The notes under the pieces were generated by a model. The model saw nothing but the letters and a program-made list of their open reading frames with translations. It had not been told where the DNA came from and ran no database searches. Both the position numbers and the translations under genes were made by a program. A DNA stretch of 64,000 nt, taken from contig OY253669.1 of assembly GCA_958009085.1 (NCBI GenBank), forward strand, positions 620,001 to 684,000, in the 5' to 3' direction. Position 1 is the stretch's first letter, and each line of letters opens with the position of its first letter. Origin of the DNA: Protoeuglena noctilucae. Lineage: Eukaryota. This document shows, one piece after another, positions 1 to 13,227 of the stretch.

Positions 1-950
1 CAGGCCCGGCCTCTGGGTTCCGCGGCATACTCGTCCGGGCCATGGAGAACCGCCCGGCTGCGAGCTCCTCGCTGTCCGGCTCCGGCCCCGTCCACGGCGC
101 GGCCTCTGCGGTGGAAGGCGAGCCACGAATGAGCCCCTCTTGCGTCGATCCTCCGTTGGCTGGGATGGAGGCGACCGTGCGTGGGCGCACCTTCCAGCGG
201 CTTGTTGTTCCTCATGTCCACGGTGGGGTTCATGCTAGCCATGAAGCCACGCATGGCCATGCCGACCGTGCGGAGGAGCCGCCACCGCCTCTTGGCCTCG
301 GCGCGCCTGTCCAGGGACGTGCCGCGCGACAGGCGGCTGAAATCCATCTCCGTCGCAACGGACTGGGCCCCGGGGCCCGCGGACCCCGACGGCGCCACCT
401 GCCCCTTCCTGCTAGCCTGTCGGCCGCTCCCGGATCGGAACGGCGCCTCCTCGTGGCTCCCCCGTGTTGCCAGGGACAGCGTGTTGCTGGGAGCATCGCG
501 CAAGACCATGCTCGACGGCCGCTTGGGCACCTCCGACTCCGCGGCCACCGGGACCGTGGCACGGGCCTTCCCGTCCAAGCTGGCGCCGCTGACCCTCCCG
601 TTGCCATTCCCACTCATCCGCTCGGGCGTCCCCGGGGTGATGTTCCTGCGTGTTTCAAGGGAAGGGGGGGAGGGGTAGTGCGAGGGGAAGGGGAGAGGTA
701 GTCATGGTGCTCGTTCTCTGTCGCAAGCCGCTCCAAAGATGGGGGCCCGGCTAGCGTTGGTTGCTCACCGGCCCCATGCATCCCCTCGTGGAGCTTGCTT
801 CGCCGGATTGCCGGGGACGGCGCTGGCGAAGGCAAGCATCTCGATCGCGTTCACAGCATCTGTGTTGAGGGTGCTGTTGGCCGTGTCGTGGCGCGACGGG
901 TGCCCATGGCTGCCTTGGGGCGCCTCGGCACCGGGGACGGCCGGCGCCAT
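1..950 (-). CDS. Unknown protein, 5' part; runs off the left edge of the window
   Basis: An exon reading MAPAVPGAEAPQG...GDAWG (950 to ~768) splices at CG|gtgagc...cacgcag|G into an exon reading NITPGTPERMSGNG...AKRRWRLLRTVGMAMRGF. No recognisable domain. The start is uncertain. Confidence 0.5.
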
Positions 951-1720
951 TGCAGGCGCGCGTCGCCACTGCGTGGAGGAGAACGGACAGAGTCTGTGTC
1001 CGGGGTAAGGGGCTGGCGGGCACAGCGCAGCGGAAGATGGCACCAAATCCTTCCACCGAGGGCACGCATGTGCACTGCAATCGCTCGCATTCGTGCGGCG
1101 ACGCACGTGCGTCAACGGCGTGGGCCAAAGAGGCAACGCTAGCATCGGCGAGCCAAACGGAGCCTCGTCCCGGGGGGAAGAAGGCAGTCAATGTGCGTAG
1201 ATACGTGCATCCCCCTGGAGGACAACGCGGCCCCATGGCGTCGGCCACCCCACGCGCCGGAGACACGTGGGAACATGCTAGGCAGGACGGACATCGGGGC
1301 CCGCCAAAGCACGCGCGTTTGGGTTGGGCCACCCGAGGAAAGGGCAAGCGATCGCGGGCGGCCACTCCAAGCTATCAAATGGGCTTCGTTATGCAAGTCA
1401 CGTACCTGTGCTGGTGCGGATAGCCCGGCGCAGAAGCTGACTTCGCTTAGGGTCGCGGAACAAGTCGAGAAAGCACCGTGACGTCTACGCTGGCAATGCA
1501 CGCCAGGTTCATGGAGCTCTAGAAGCCGTGCACGGGCAATGACGGAGCGGTCCAGGACGTTCCACCTGACGTTCCACCGCCTGTCGCTGCAGCACAAGCT
1601 GCCCCTCAGGAGCTCGTGGACTGTTGGCTGTGATTCAACCCCCGTCAGGAGCCGGCTCGCATCACAACGCCACCTGATATGCGTTTGGGTGCTTTCCACC
1701 GACAGCGCTTCAGGAACCTG

Positions 1721-3893
1721 TCATCCGCACTTCATCAGTGTCGATGCCACCTTGTCTGTGAGGTCCTTCAGCGCCACTGCCTGGGGACTGCCGGCGGGAG
1801 GTCGCCCCTTGCCCTTGGCCATCGCCGCCAGGGCTCCTTTGGCCTTGGCCAGCATGTCCGAAACTGCGAAGGCGACTCAACAGTACGCAGGGCGTCACAC
1901 AATGTCTGGCTCCAGTGGCCCCACGAGCAAAGGCCGCCCGCAGAGGGCCTCACCCGACACCCCGCCCTTGTCCTTGAGGGCGCACATCTTCTTGAGGGGC
2001 GCTGCAGGCACCAGCAGCGACACGAGGTAAAGCCCCGACAGCCCCGCCTCCGCGTCCGCCTTGGCCCCCCAGTCCCCCCGGACGACGCGGTCCGCGCCAC
2101 CCGCAACTTGCATGGCCAGGTAGTGCTGCAGGCGCAGGCGGCGACACGCGGTTGCATGCCACTGCAGCCGGCCCGGGAGACTGAAGCGCACCCTCCCACA
2201 CGCACCACCGCGCATCGGCCGTGTTTGTCCCGCGCTCCGAGCTTGAGCCCCATCCCGACCAGCATGCTCATGACCTCCGTGTGCCCCGACGCCGCCGCAT
2301 AGTGCACAGCTGTGCGCCCAAACGCGTCCGCCTGCCCCACGTCGGCACCCGCGTCCTGCAGCGACTCCAGGACGTCCCCGTGGCCGTGGGCCGCCGCCAT
2401 GTGCGCCGCGCACTGCCCGTGAGTGCTCGCGAAGAAGTCCCTCGCAGTTCGGGCCTGCGGGCGGGTCAGACAAAGCGGTTACAGGCCACGGGCACTGCGC
2501 CACGGCAGGTGTTCCGTCCCCCCCCTGCTCGCCGTGAGTTCCTTGATGCCGACCTCCGCCACCTGCGCATCTGTTCGCGCGTAGTTGAGACCCTGCGGAG
2601 TGCCTGCCTTGACCATGGCCTCCTTGACTGCCAACAGTGCCTGTCGGCGGCCCCGCAGGCCACTGGGGAAGGACAGGGCCTTGCATCAAAGGGCCACACT
2701 TTATCTCAGTGCCACGTCCACATATCTCTCAAGGCCATGCCTCTCTCACCTCTTTGCAAGGACGAACAGGTGTTCTTCCGGCGCTCCACCCCCATTCCCC
2801 AGCCGTGCTAGCAGCCCCGGGACAGCCCGCCATATGAGAGCCCCTGCGGTCACCAGGGCCGCGAGGGCCGCGAGCGGCAATGCCGCTGCCCTGGCTGCCC
2901 CCCCCACAGCCCCCATCGCCTGTGCAGCCATGCTGGGGCCGGACGGGGCGGGGCGGGACTTGCGAGTAGGAGGGGGCTTGGGCGACGGTGGACGCGGCAC
3001 AGGTGTGATGGGAGTTGGGATGGTGGGTGCGGAGCTCCGGGACTCTGCCTCAAGGGGCGGCTTCACGGGATGCACGGGCGATGGTGCACCTGTTCGGTCC
3101 GAGGTCTTGCCGCTTTGGTCTGGCCTACCAGCGTTCCTGCGAAATCGACAGCGAAGCAGTTGTAGGTGCATGTCCGGAAGGCAGAGGACGCCAGCGTACA
3201 CAGGAGACAGTCACCCAGATGCGCCTATCTCGACCCGCCCCGTCCCCGTCCTCCTCGAGAGATTCCCCCAGTCGGGCGCAGGCATGGGACCCCCAATCCA
3301 CAGAGATCGTACAGCGTGCGAGGGAGGCGCCGGGAGCGCATTTGATGGTGCTGGACGCGGTGGAACCCTATAGCTACCGTTCACCAGCCGATGGGCCGCG
3401 TGAGGCTCGTCATGTACCGGCCCTGTCCCCTCGCATTGCTCGACTTCACTTCGCGACAGCCACGGATGCATATACAAGCTAAAACCCGACGTTGTTAGCT
3501 GGCAGCCACTGGCAGTGGGGCAAGTGATCTCTGGGTGATCCCACGCACGTTCCCCTACAGCATATCGAACCGGGAAGCGTCGCGACTGAGCTGTTGCCGC
3601 TCGCGAGGCTTTTGCGGTCGGTGCCGGACGTCGCCCCCGCGCTCTGCTCGCTATCTGCACAGCAATTGCAGTGGGGTTGCCCTTTGTGAGCTTTTTTGCA
3701 CGCTGAGCGTCCCATGGCGCTCGACCTCTTCGGCCGCGCCGACCCTCTGGGGTCGACGCTGCTGGACCGGGTCCACAAGGGCACGCGCCAGGCAGGGTGA
3801 GGCGTCCTTGCCTGCCAACGTACCTGCTCCATGCGCTCTCGCTGCGGCGTTGGCACTGCGCACGCTCTGGGACACGCTCTCCTCTTCAGCCAT
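1721..3893 (-). CDS. Ankyrin-repeat protein with a probable single transmembrane segment (multi-exon)
   Basis: Ankyrin-like repeats GQCAAHMAAAHGHGDVLESLQDAGADVGQADAFGRTAVHYAAASGHTEVMSMLV (~2230-2450). Hydrophobic stretch ALPLAALAALVTAGALIW (~2830-2890). Last exon VSDMLAKAKG...LMKCG ends at TGA 1721. The 5' exons are uncertain. Confidence 0.7.
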
Positions 3894-3984
3894 GTCCTGA
3901 CATGTCGTCCCTTCCTCTCGTCACAAATTGCCGAGATGAGCCTCTCGCAATCAGTTCGAGGCTTTTTTCTTCAGCGATTTGCAC

Positions 3985-5880
3985 ATGCGGCTCGCTTCTG
4001 CCGACGTAGAGGCCCCGCATCTCGCCCCGGGAGACAGGTATCAGGCTGGAGGCTGACGGCTTGGTTCGCTCCTAATGCGCAGGAACAAGTCGTCCCTGGC
4101 CTTCCGGAATGACATCGGGATTCCAGGATACACGGGGTACATTCCCACTTCCAATTGCGTGCCCGTCGACATCAAGGGAGGGAATCGGTGAGACGCCGCT
4201 CTCGGCACACTGCCGCGCCCGCCTGCGCAGGCGGCCCGACGCGCCTGCTCCGCTCCACCCGGCCGCAGTCATGAAGGCAAGGTGCCGACCACTGGGCAGA
4301 CCTCCCACCTGGCGCGCACGCTCCCGGGGACCTCCGCCCACTGCTCGGTCTATCGCGCCACATTCAAGGGGGATACGGGCGACGGGCCTGGGTCCCTGCG
4401 GGCAGGGGGGGGCTACTGGATCAACACGCGGTCCAAGGGGCCTAAGGCGAGACCAGGACAGGGCGAGGGGGGAGCCCATGATGCCCATGGGTGCTGTTGG
4501 CGGCTCACAAGGTCCCCTGCACCTGCACCCAGGTCCCCCTCAGCGCTCTGACGACGTACCGTGCCGAGATTCTCCGCCACGACGAGAAGGAGCGCTTGCT
4601 GCGGACCACTCTGGGGGCGACGAGCACCACCTCGGACTACGCCGTGGGAAGGAGGGAGGGGGAGCGCGCACAGGGTGCGTGGTGGCAGGGCGGGATGACT
4701 GCTGCTGGCTGCTAGCCATGTGCTGCCTGTCTCCAGCCCCGGTGTCGGGATCCACACCCGCCGCGCTGGCGCTCGCCCCTCTTCATGCAGTGACGGATCT
4801 CGGGCGCTCGCTGACGGGAGCGCTGGACGTCTCGACTCCCCAGACGGGCTACGTCACGTCCTATGGTTCCATGGTCGTCAAGAACCCCCTCGTTGGGGGG
4901 TCCGCGGCAGCTGGCAAGCCCCTCACAGCCCCGGCCGCGCCCGAGGGGCGACCCAAAGTGGTGCGTAGGGAGGCCGGTGAACCCAGCCCGTGGTGGGGGA
5001 CAGCGCCACTGGCCGCGCCGCGCTCCCCTCGTCGATGTCCGCCCCCTTCGCCCCACTGGCAGGCGCCCCGTGGCATCCCCGCCCCCTTTGACGGCCTCAC
5101 CACCTACAAGCGCTGCCACGGGGACTACCTGGAGGACCCCGTGGCGAGGCTCCCGGAGGGCAAGGCGGACTTCACGGCGCGGGGGTCCACGGCGGAGCTC
5201 AGCTTCGGCACGACGCGCGGGACTCGCCATATTCCGGGATACGCCGGCCACGTCGCGGCGCACCCCTCAAATCCCGCGGGCGACGCTCCCCGCACCTACG
5301 CCAAGGAGGACATGTGCAAGGGGCCAGCCTTGGACCAGTACCTGCGCGGCCACCTCCCGGGATACGGGGGGTTCCGCCCTCAGGTGGGGGGTGGGGAGAT
5401 GTGACCTGGTTGCCGGGTGCGACCTCAGTCAGCGAGACGCACGAGCATCCCGGTGCCTGTCCACGCAGGCGCCCGGGAACATCAAGCTGGGCACAGACGA
5501 CGCGTCGCTGCGCCACACGACCCAGGGCGCGGCCGCCCTCTCTGTCCAGGCCCTGCCGGCCCCACGGCCCGACAAGCACAACTTCATCTCGTCCAACACC
5601 GGCACCATGTCCTTCTTCACCGGTGAGCCATGGCCAGCGAGGCCGATGCCCAGCGCTGTGCCCTCCGCGGTTGGGTGCAGAGGCACACACCTGAGACTGG
5701 GGCCAGAGATGGGGCCCATCCACCACCCCCCCGCTGCTGTGCAGGGGGTGGGATGTTCGTATCGGAGAATGGCAAGTCCAACGCGCAGCAGTACTTCATC
5801 CAGCTGAGGCCCCTGGAGGGCACCCCGGGGCTGTACGTCCCCTCCAAAACCACCGCTGCTGGGTACCGCTTCAACAAGTA
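3985..5880 (+). CDS. PYG-repeat flagellar microtubule inner protein (FAP129/FAP95-like)
   Basis: The spliced product has repeated IPGYTGYIP, HIPGYAGHV and LPGYGGFRP motifs, which are typical of axonemal microtubule inner proteins. The C-terminus SENGKSNAQQYFIQLRPLEG...RFNK ends at TAA 5878-5880. About 7 introns in consistent phase. The family assignment is from motif recall. Confidence 0.65.
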
Positions 5881-6089
5881 AGGCGTCCCTGGGCTGGCTC
5901 GCTTGCTAGCCAGACACGCTCCGTCCCGCGCCTCGCCCATGTTGAAGGGGGTCAAGGCATTGCCGCCCAACTGCAATGTTTTGCGAAAGTGCGTACCCGG
6001 GGTGGAGAATCCTCCGCTCCTGACCAGTGCACGAAGAGGGATCCGATCGAAAATGCGGCGTTGCTGTGGAACCGTCCACGTCTCGGGCC

Positions 6090-8885
6090 CTAGTGTGCCA
6101 GGTCAATGCGCGAGTAGAGGAGCCGGTTGGGTGTCTGCGGGCGTCAGGGCAGGCGCATCGATCCGCTGCCACTCCCGGCACCCCCCTGCCACCCTGCGCC
6201 CCTAAGCGACCCACCTGGGGCAGCATCAGAGGCGACGACAGCATGCCCTCCGTGGCCGCGTCGAGGATGGCGCGCTTGACGTCCTCCGGGCGGTCGCCTG
6301 GGCGGTCTCCCAGCCGCACCGCAGCCACGCCCGCCACGTGCGGCACGGCCATGCTCGTCCCGCTGGACCAGGCGTAGGCCGTGTTGGAGACCAGGGCACA
6401 CCTGCGCTGGCTCCGACGGGTGCCACTTTGCGGGGGAGTGGGTGAGCAATGCTATCCCACTGCGCTGCCTTGACCCGTCGACAGCAGCTGGACGGCACCT
6501 GGACGGTCCCCCGCACGCCGAGAAGACGTTGACGCTTGGTGCGAAGATGTCGACGCACTTGCCCGTGTTGGACCACTCGTAGATGCTCTCCGTCTGGCTG
6601 CCCGTCCCGTCCTGCGCCACCACCACGCTGCGCTGGAACTTGTCCTTCAAATCAGCACCCGCCACGGTGATGGCCTCTGGCACGTCCGCCGGCGCCACAT
6701 GGCACGCGTCCACACCCGAGTTGCCTGCGTCGGCCGAGACACACGGCTGCGCTGCTGCGCCCGTCGGGGGTAACCCTACCAGCGCGCGTCCCGTCAGCTC
6801 CCCGGCGCTTCACCTGACGCCACCACGACCGTCAGGCCGTGGTCCCGCACCAGCACGCGCACAGTGTCCTCCAGGGCTCGCGACCACCGCCCCACTTCGA
6901 TGCCCAGGCTGAGCGTCACGATGGCGGGCTTGGCGTGGTGGTGCACCACCCAGTCCAGCCCCTTCACGACATCGCTGCAGCCGCAGTGAAACGCGCCAGG
7001 TGACGCTGCCCTCCGGCTGCCGCACCTGCACCTGCCACCGCTCCCCACCATCTCGCCTGATCTGCCCTGCCCCCTGACAGTCCAGCACCCGCACGCTCAC
7101 GGCCCGCGCCTCCTTGGCCACGCCCACCGTGCGCCCGATGGCCGTGCCCGCGATGTGCGTGCCGTGGCCGTCGCAGTCCGATGCGTCCTCGTCCCCATCC
7201 ACAAAGTCGTGGCCTGCCAGGCAATGGAAGGGCGAGGGAGGGTGCTGCGTAAGGTAAAGGGGCAGACCTCGGCGCATGCACAGCACGAACGAGGTTCACC
7301 TGACGTGACGCGGCTCGGCCCTCCCCACCACGGCTGGAACTCCTGGTGCGTCATATTCACTCCACTGTCCACTGCAAAAAGGGCGAGCCACGCGCTTGGC
7401 GTATCATGGGTGCGCGGTTGCACCTTTTATGAACCGCCCAAGCAAGTGCGCTTCGCACATCTCATGCATCTGCATGAGTTGTGCCTGACACGCCCAGTCC
7501 TCTCGTGAACCCCTCCAAGGAAAGCATCCCAGGCGCCCTCACCAAAGTAGATGGTGGCCCCTGCGCCCGTCCCCGTGGACTCGTCGCCGCTGTAGCGAAA
7601 CTCGGCATCGAGGGGCAGGCCTCTCTGATCGATGCGGTCGAGGTTCCACATGGCCGGGTGCAGGTGCTGCACCTTGAGCATCGCGCGCAGGTCATCATAT
7701 GCCTGCAGCGGGGAGGACACGGGCTGGCCGCCCACCAGGGGAATGCCGTTCGCGTCCGTGTCCGACGCCGGGGCTGGGCCGAGTGGCGGGAGTGGAGAGG
7801 GGCCTGGCCGGGGAGTATACGCAGGGGCTGGGCGTGCGGGAGGGGTGTCCCCTCTGCGCAAGAGAGCCCCCACGGCTCGCAGGGACGTCCACTGCGTCGG
7901 GGTCGGCAGCCCCGTGCTCGTGTTGAGCCCGGGTGGCTGCGTCGAAGGCGGGGCACCGCTTGCAGGGCTGGCAGGGGTGGGGGTGGCCCCGCCTGGTGAC
8001 TGCGGGGCACGAAGCGGTGGGGTGCAGTGGGGTGTGCATGCTTGTCCAAGCCGCACAAAAGCGCCTATATGCCGCACGCGAGCGATATACCCCTCAAGTC
8101 AGCCTCACTTGCGCTGGGGGCCCCGGAATGAGGCCCAGGAGCTTCCTCTTCTGCGCGGCAGAGAGGCCCGCCAGGAATCGTGGAGGCAGGTCGTCCTGAG
8201 GCGAGCGGTGCAGCGCATAGCTAGGGCGCGGACCCTCCGCCTTCATGACTCGCGCGTCCTGCGGGCGCAGGAGGGACCCGTGAGCCCCGTCGCCCTGAGC
8301 AGAAGCATGTGCAGGCAGGGTGCGGTGGGCTCCCCGCGGCTGCAGTCGAAAAAAGCACCTGCTCCACGTAGGCGATACCGTTGGGAAGGCAATCGTCCAG
8401 AGCCAAGAGGTCCGCCGCCGAAAAGGCCCCGGCGAGTCCCGGAACTGCCCCCGAGTAGACATGCCGACACCGCGGGCCTACCCAGCATGCGTCCGACATA
8501 GGCGGGCGCCATGCGATACGTTTGCTTCGGAATTCCTCCCAAGTGGGCGCGCAAACGGCATACGCGAAGGGGATCCAGCGGAAGTCGCGGAAAATGACCA
8601 GCGCTTCGTACGGCACGCCGAGCGCCACGGAGACCACCTGCGCGAGAGACCGCGGTGAAAACGTGCGCTTCGAAACCTATGTATGCTTCTGGCATGTGAA
8701 GTTGGGGACTTCAGCCACAGAGGGAGCGCAGCGGCCAGTCGCAGATAGCAGCAATCCAGCATACAGGAAGAAGCGGGCCATCGCCCGCGCGCGAGGCCCT
8801 TCCATCCATCGCGGGCACTTTTTGAACTCACGATGACCAGCTCGAGACAGCTACAACCGAGCAGTGCCGAAAGGGCGCTCCGCAT
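6090..8885 (-). CDS. Secreted subtilisin-like serine protease (S8, proteinase K-like) with an I9-like prodomain
   Basis: Catalytic triad motifs VDSG (Asp), DGHGTHIAG (His) and SGTSMAVPHVAG (Ser), plus WNLDRIDQR and the terminal exon TPNRLLYSRIDLAH*. Signal peptide-like MRSALSALLGCSCLELVI|VVSVALG. Confidence 0.92.
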
Positions 8886-9202
8886 GACGGCCGCAGGTGC
8901 CGGCTGAGCGCCGCGAGCCAGAGGGGCGGAAACCCCGTGCGGCCCCCGCACCGCGACGTCGCGCGGCACAGTGGAGTTCTCTTGGGTTCAAGCGCAGTGC
9001 GGCGGCTAGGAAAGTTGTTGCAGGTTTTCAGTGCCAGGGCGCCGTTTAGGGTGGCGTGCTGGATCTGTCGAATCAAGCCCGAGCCCACGCCTCCATATCG
9101 CACATAGGGCGCCGACGAATGCCCCTCACTAGTCCACTGCCCGCCTTATCCCACGGGCCCTGCAAGAAGCCGAATCGCAATGGCAGGGTAGTGGGTAGCT
9201 AG

Positions 9203-11028
9203 TCACGGTCTCTTGGGCACGGGCATCGGCACACTATGGTCTGCGCACGCACCATGGACCCCACTCGTCCCGGCTCCACCCCCCTTGGATGTGCCCCCCC
9301 GGCGCTCCGGCCCCGCCCCCTGCTCCCACACCTCCCCCCCGTGCCCCTGCCCCTGTGTTTGCCCCTGTGCCTGCCCCTGCCCCTGCCCCTGCCCCTGCCC
9401 CTGCCCCGCCCCCTCGCCCGCCTTGATCCCCTCCGCCGGCGGCGCCTTGAGCACTGACTCGTGCAGCCGGAAGCCAAACACCCGGGGCACGTACTTCTCC
9501 TGCGCGCAAGGCTAGAGTCGCAGGGGCTAAGCCACACGGCGCGTCGCCGCAAAAGGCGGCGCATGCGCCACCGGCAAGCGTCGCACCATCGGGGGTGGCG
9601 GGCGGAGCGAGGGGTAGGTCATGAGGAAGAGGTGGGGGAACGTGGTGCCAAAGTAGGCGCCGTCGACCGACCCCTGGAATCGAGATCGCGGGTAGAACAG
9701 GTCCTGGCACTTGGGGCAGTAGAGCTTCACTGCGGGGAGGGCCGACGCGAGGGCGTGGGTGAGGCACGGAGTCGGCGCAGGTCCCGCGGCATGGCGCCCT
9801 ACCCGGCGCCGAGCCCTGCGCCCAGTCACCCGTGGACGTGTGCGGGATGTCGCTCTGCCCAACCGGCAGGCATGGCTGGCCCCCACAGAGCACCCGGGGG
9901 CACCGTCCAAACTGCACCGCCTTGTACTTCTCCAGCATACACGCCAGGCCCCGCGTGGTGAGGACGAAGCGCGCATGGATGAGGCCGTAGAGCATCTCCG
10001 CCGCAGTCTCAATGATCTGCGGGGACCGACGGCGCGTTGAATGCCAAAAGGCTTTCCAGGGGCGTGAATGCAAGGCAGCCCAGCATGCCCCGTCTCCCTC
10101 GCCTCGTGCTGCTCGTCGGTCAGGGAGTCCGCGTGCTGGGACTCCAAATCCAGGATCGTGTCCAGCGCGTAGTCATAGTACGGGACCATCATGGAGAGGC
10201 CTGACAGGTTGAAGTCGTCCTGAAAAGGAGGAACAGAGGCAGGATGTTTCGTCACCTGCCGCCTCAGCGGCCTCGGACCCGCGCGACACGCGCGACACGG
10301 CCGTTACCTGGATGTAGTCATCGTCCACCTCGCAGAACAGCTCGTTCCCCTTCAAAGAGCAGAACCACTGGATCCAGGACACGTCCCCTGCGTGGGAGGC
10401 CCAGGGAACCACGCGCTTGAAGCGCGGAGAAAGATCAGAGGCCACACAGCGAGTCGCTGTCCGTCGGGGTCCTGGCGCCAGCCAAGGCGCTTGCGGGGCG
10501 CGGGTGGCAGGGCCGAAAAGCTCGTCCTGAAACTCGCCGCGCTGGTCTGCCCCCACAGCGCCCCGGCAGGGGAACTCCGTGAAGGCACGGAATGAAAGAG
10601 TCCCAGCGCAGTCCAGGAACGGCGCGCTGCCTGCCCACGCGACGGGAAATGGTCGAGAGGCCCCGCCGATCGTGCAGCTCTCGAAGCGATGGCACGGAGA
10701 GTTATGAGGCGGGATGCGCGGGGCAGAGTGACTGACAGGAACGACGGCTCCGCTAGAGCGGTGCCCATCGATCGCTGCCCGGGCCAGGAGCAAAGCACAG
10801 GCCCATGCCGCCCCGTGCTGTTTGCAACGGAGCTCCCACGGCCAAATCGATAGAGGGGGAGCGCATGCAGCTGCCAGATACAGCTGCAGCGGGCGCTGTC
10901 GCCCCGAAACGTGGGCGCAAGCAGCGTCTGCGGCCTGGGAGGACACCTTCGGACCCCGAGTCGCCCTCCGACCCCTCGCTTCCCGACTCCTCGGAAATGT
11001 CTTCTGACCATGCATCTTTGTCGCCCAT
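9203..11028 (-). CDS. CKB: Casein kinase II regulatory (beta) subunit
   Basis: [48 protein letters not shown], zinc motif FGRCPRVLC...[24 protein letters not shown] and [11 protein letters not shown]. Acidic first exon [19 protein letters not shown]. Confidence 0.95.
9340..9412 (-). repeat. Coding hexanucleotide microsatellite, (CCCCTG)n on +, encoding a Gly-Gln tract in the CK2 beta tail
   Basis: Tandem gcccct/cccctg units translate on the minus strand as [19 protein letters not shown]. Confidence 0.85.
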
Positions 11029-11202
11029 CGAACGACGGCGCGCGCCCGCCCGGGGGGGTCCCCGATCTCTGAGAGCCACGCTAGCCACGGGCCGGAGACC
11101 CCACCGCACGGCGCTCTTTCGGGTGGGGACTCACAACTCAGCAGGGGTGATCGCCCGCCGGGTCGCTTCGCGCCCATCCGTGTGTCGCTGACACGAGGGT
11201 TC

Positions 11203-11565
11203 CTACACAGAAAATTCCGCTTTGATGCTTTGAAGTACCGCTTCATATGCACTAAAGAGCTCCTCGCCCAAACCAGGTCCATGCCTTCCGGTGCTCTCGT
11301 GCCCTGCTGACTCGGATAACGACCCAGTCATCATCCGCCGCATAACAGCCTTCGCGGAATCACTGTCATTGCGGCCGAGACGATGCGGGCTTCGACTGTG
11401 GCATCGGCGCCTCGCGCACGGGGTGAGGCCATCAGGCGAACCAGCTGGACCGTCGTGGCGTTCTGAGACAAGCTCGGCATTCGCGGTTGACCCATGCACA
11501 TCCGTGCCGCTGTAAGCACCCGAGACGGGGCTCATGGCCCCGCACTCTGCCCGCGTCGCCTGCAT
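11203..11565 (-). CDS. Possible small single-exon orphan ORF (~120 aa) upstream of CK2 beta
   Basis: Open frame MQATRAECG...[21 protein letters not shown] with a protein-like amphipathic C-terminus. No homology recognised. Confidence 0.3.
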   Translation of the reverse strand: MQATRAECGAMSPVSGAYSGTDVHGSTANAELVSERHDGPAGSPDGLTPCARRRCHSRSPHRLGRNDSDSAKAVMRRMMTGSLSESAGHESTGRHGPGLGEELFSAYEAVLQSIKAEFSV

Positions 11566-11675
11566 AGGACCCGCCCCTAGGGTTACGCCGCCTGCAGTGG
11601 TTGCGCTATCGAGACCGAGGAATCGCACCGACACCAGACCCTTGTCGCCCGACTCGTGGCCGCGGTCCGTCTCGG

Positions 11676-13162
11676 ATGCTGGATCCCGACACGAGTGAGC
11701 AGTGCAGCTGCTCGCTGGCCGTCGCGTGCTGTGGTCTCTGGTTCAACAACCTGCCTTCATCCCGCAGGCACCCGAGCTTCGACTCGGTCCTGAGCCATGC
11801 AGCTGATGCCGTCGTCATCCCCGCCGGACCGAACTACAACTATCTGCAGCGCAACCTCGCCCTCGAGCTGGTTCGGTGAGCCGGCACGTTGCAGCATGCG
11901 CCTCCTGGGCTCCTGTCTGTGCGCGTATCTGCCATCCGTCGCCGCCACTCCCCGCAGTGTCACGGAGGCCGCTGCTCTTGGCGCTGGATGGTGGGTCGGC
12001 AAGGGCGACAAGAACGGAGCGGATCGAGCTGCGGTGGACAACATGAGGAAAACCCTGCGGGGTGTCTCAATGGATGGGACGGTGGTGATTGGGGAGGGCG
12101 AGAAAGACCAGGCGCCGATGCTCTACAGGCGCGAGGGCGCAAGCGGCTAGTTGTTTTGTGGGCAGAGCGTTCCCGTGTGCGTGCCATGCCAGCTCTCGCC
12201 CGCCGTGCGCAGGGGCGAGCACGTGGGCGACGGCGCCGCGCATTCCCCGATGGTGGACGTCGCCCTCGATCCGATCGACGGCACCATGCTCGTGGCCAAG
12301 GGGGGTGACGGGGCCATCGCCGTCATCGCCGTCGCCGAGCGGGGAGCCCTCTTCGACCCAGGTCCCGCCTTCTACATGGAGAAGCTGGCCGTGGGCCCGC
12401 AGGTGCCCCCCTCGTCCGTGTCGGTCGACTACCCCGTGGTGCGCAACCTGCGGGCGGTGGCCGACGCCTTGCACAAGCCGGTTGAGGAGGTTACGGTGGT
12501 GGTGCTCGACCGGCCCCGGCACGAGGGGCTCATCCAGGAGGTGAGGGCGGCGCGCGACAACGAGAGCGGTCGAGGTTGGAATGGCTCGCTTCCGGCGAGT
12601 TAGTATGCCAAGGCGCCCTGTGCTCCAGATCCGCCGCGCCGGGGCGCGCATCAAGCTCATTTCGGACGGCGACGTGGCGGCTGCCATCGAAGTGGCCAAG
12701 CCGCTCAGCCCCGTCGACGTGCTCATGGGCGTGGGGGGCACGCCTGAGGGCGTGGTGGCGGCCTGCGCCCTCAAGTGCATGGGAGGGCACATCGAGGGGC
12801 GCCTGTGGCCGCGGTCGGAGGACGAGCGCCGGGCGTGGGAGGAGCAGGGCTTTGACCTGGGCAACATCATGGGCACGACCGACCTGTGCCGCGGCGAGCG
12901 CGTCTTCTTCGCCGCCACGGGGATCACCGGTGAGGATGCTGTGGGGGAGCCACGGGGTGGAGACCTGCTGTTTCCACTGAGGTGCGCGAGAGCCACTCCC
13001 CTTCCCCGCGCAGATGGCGACCTGGTGGAGGGGGTGCGCTATTTGTCGGGAGGCGCCATCACGCACTCCGTTGTCATGCGCTCCGAGTCGGGCACGGTGC
13101 GCTGGATTGAGACCCACCACCGGTGGGGGGCGCGCAAGAGTGCGCAGGGAGTGTCTGCTTGA
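11676..13162 (+). CDS. glpX: Class II fructose-1,6-bisphosphatase (GlpX family)
   Basis: [91 protein letters not shown] and [16 protein letters not shown]. Five introns. Stop TGA at 13160-13162. The start MLDPDT is inferred from splice phase. Confidence 0.93.
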
Positions 13163-13227
13163 AGGCAGCGCGCGCACTGCCTGTTCTCTGCCATCGAGCG
13201 CTGCGAGTGTGCAGTGCGTAGGAAAGC

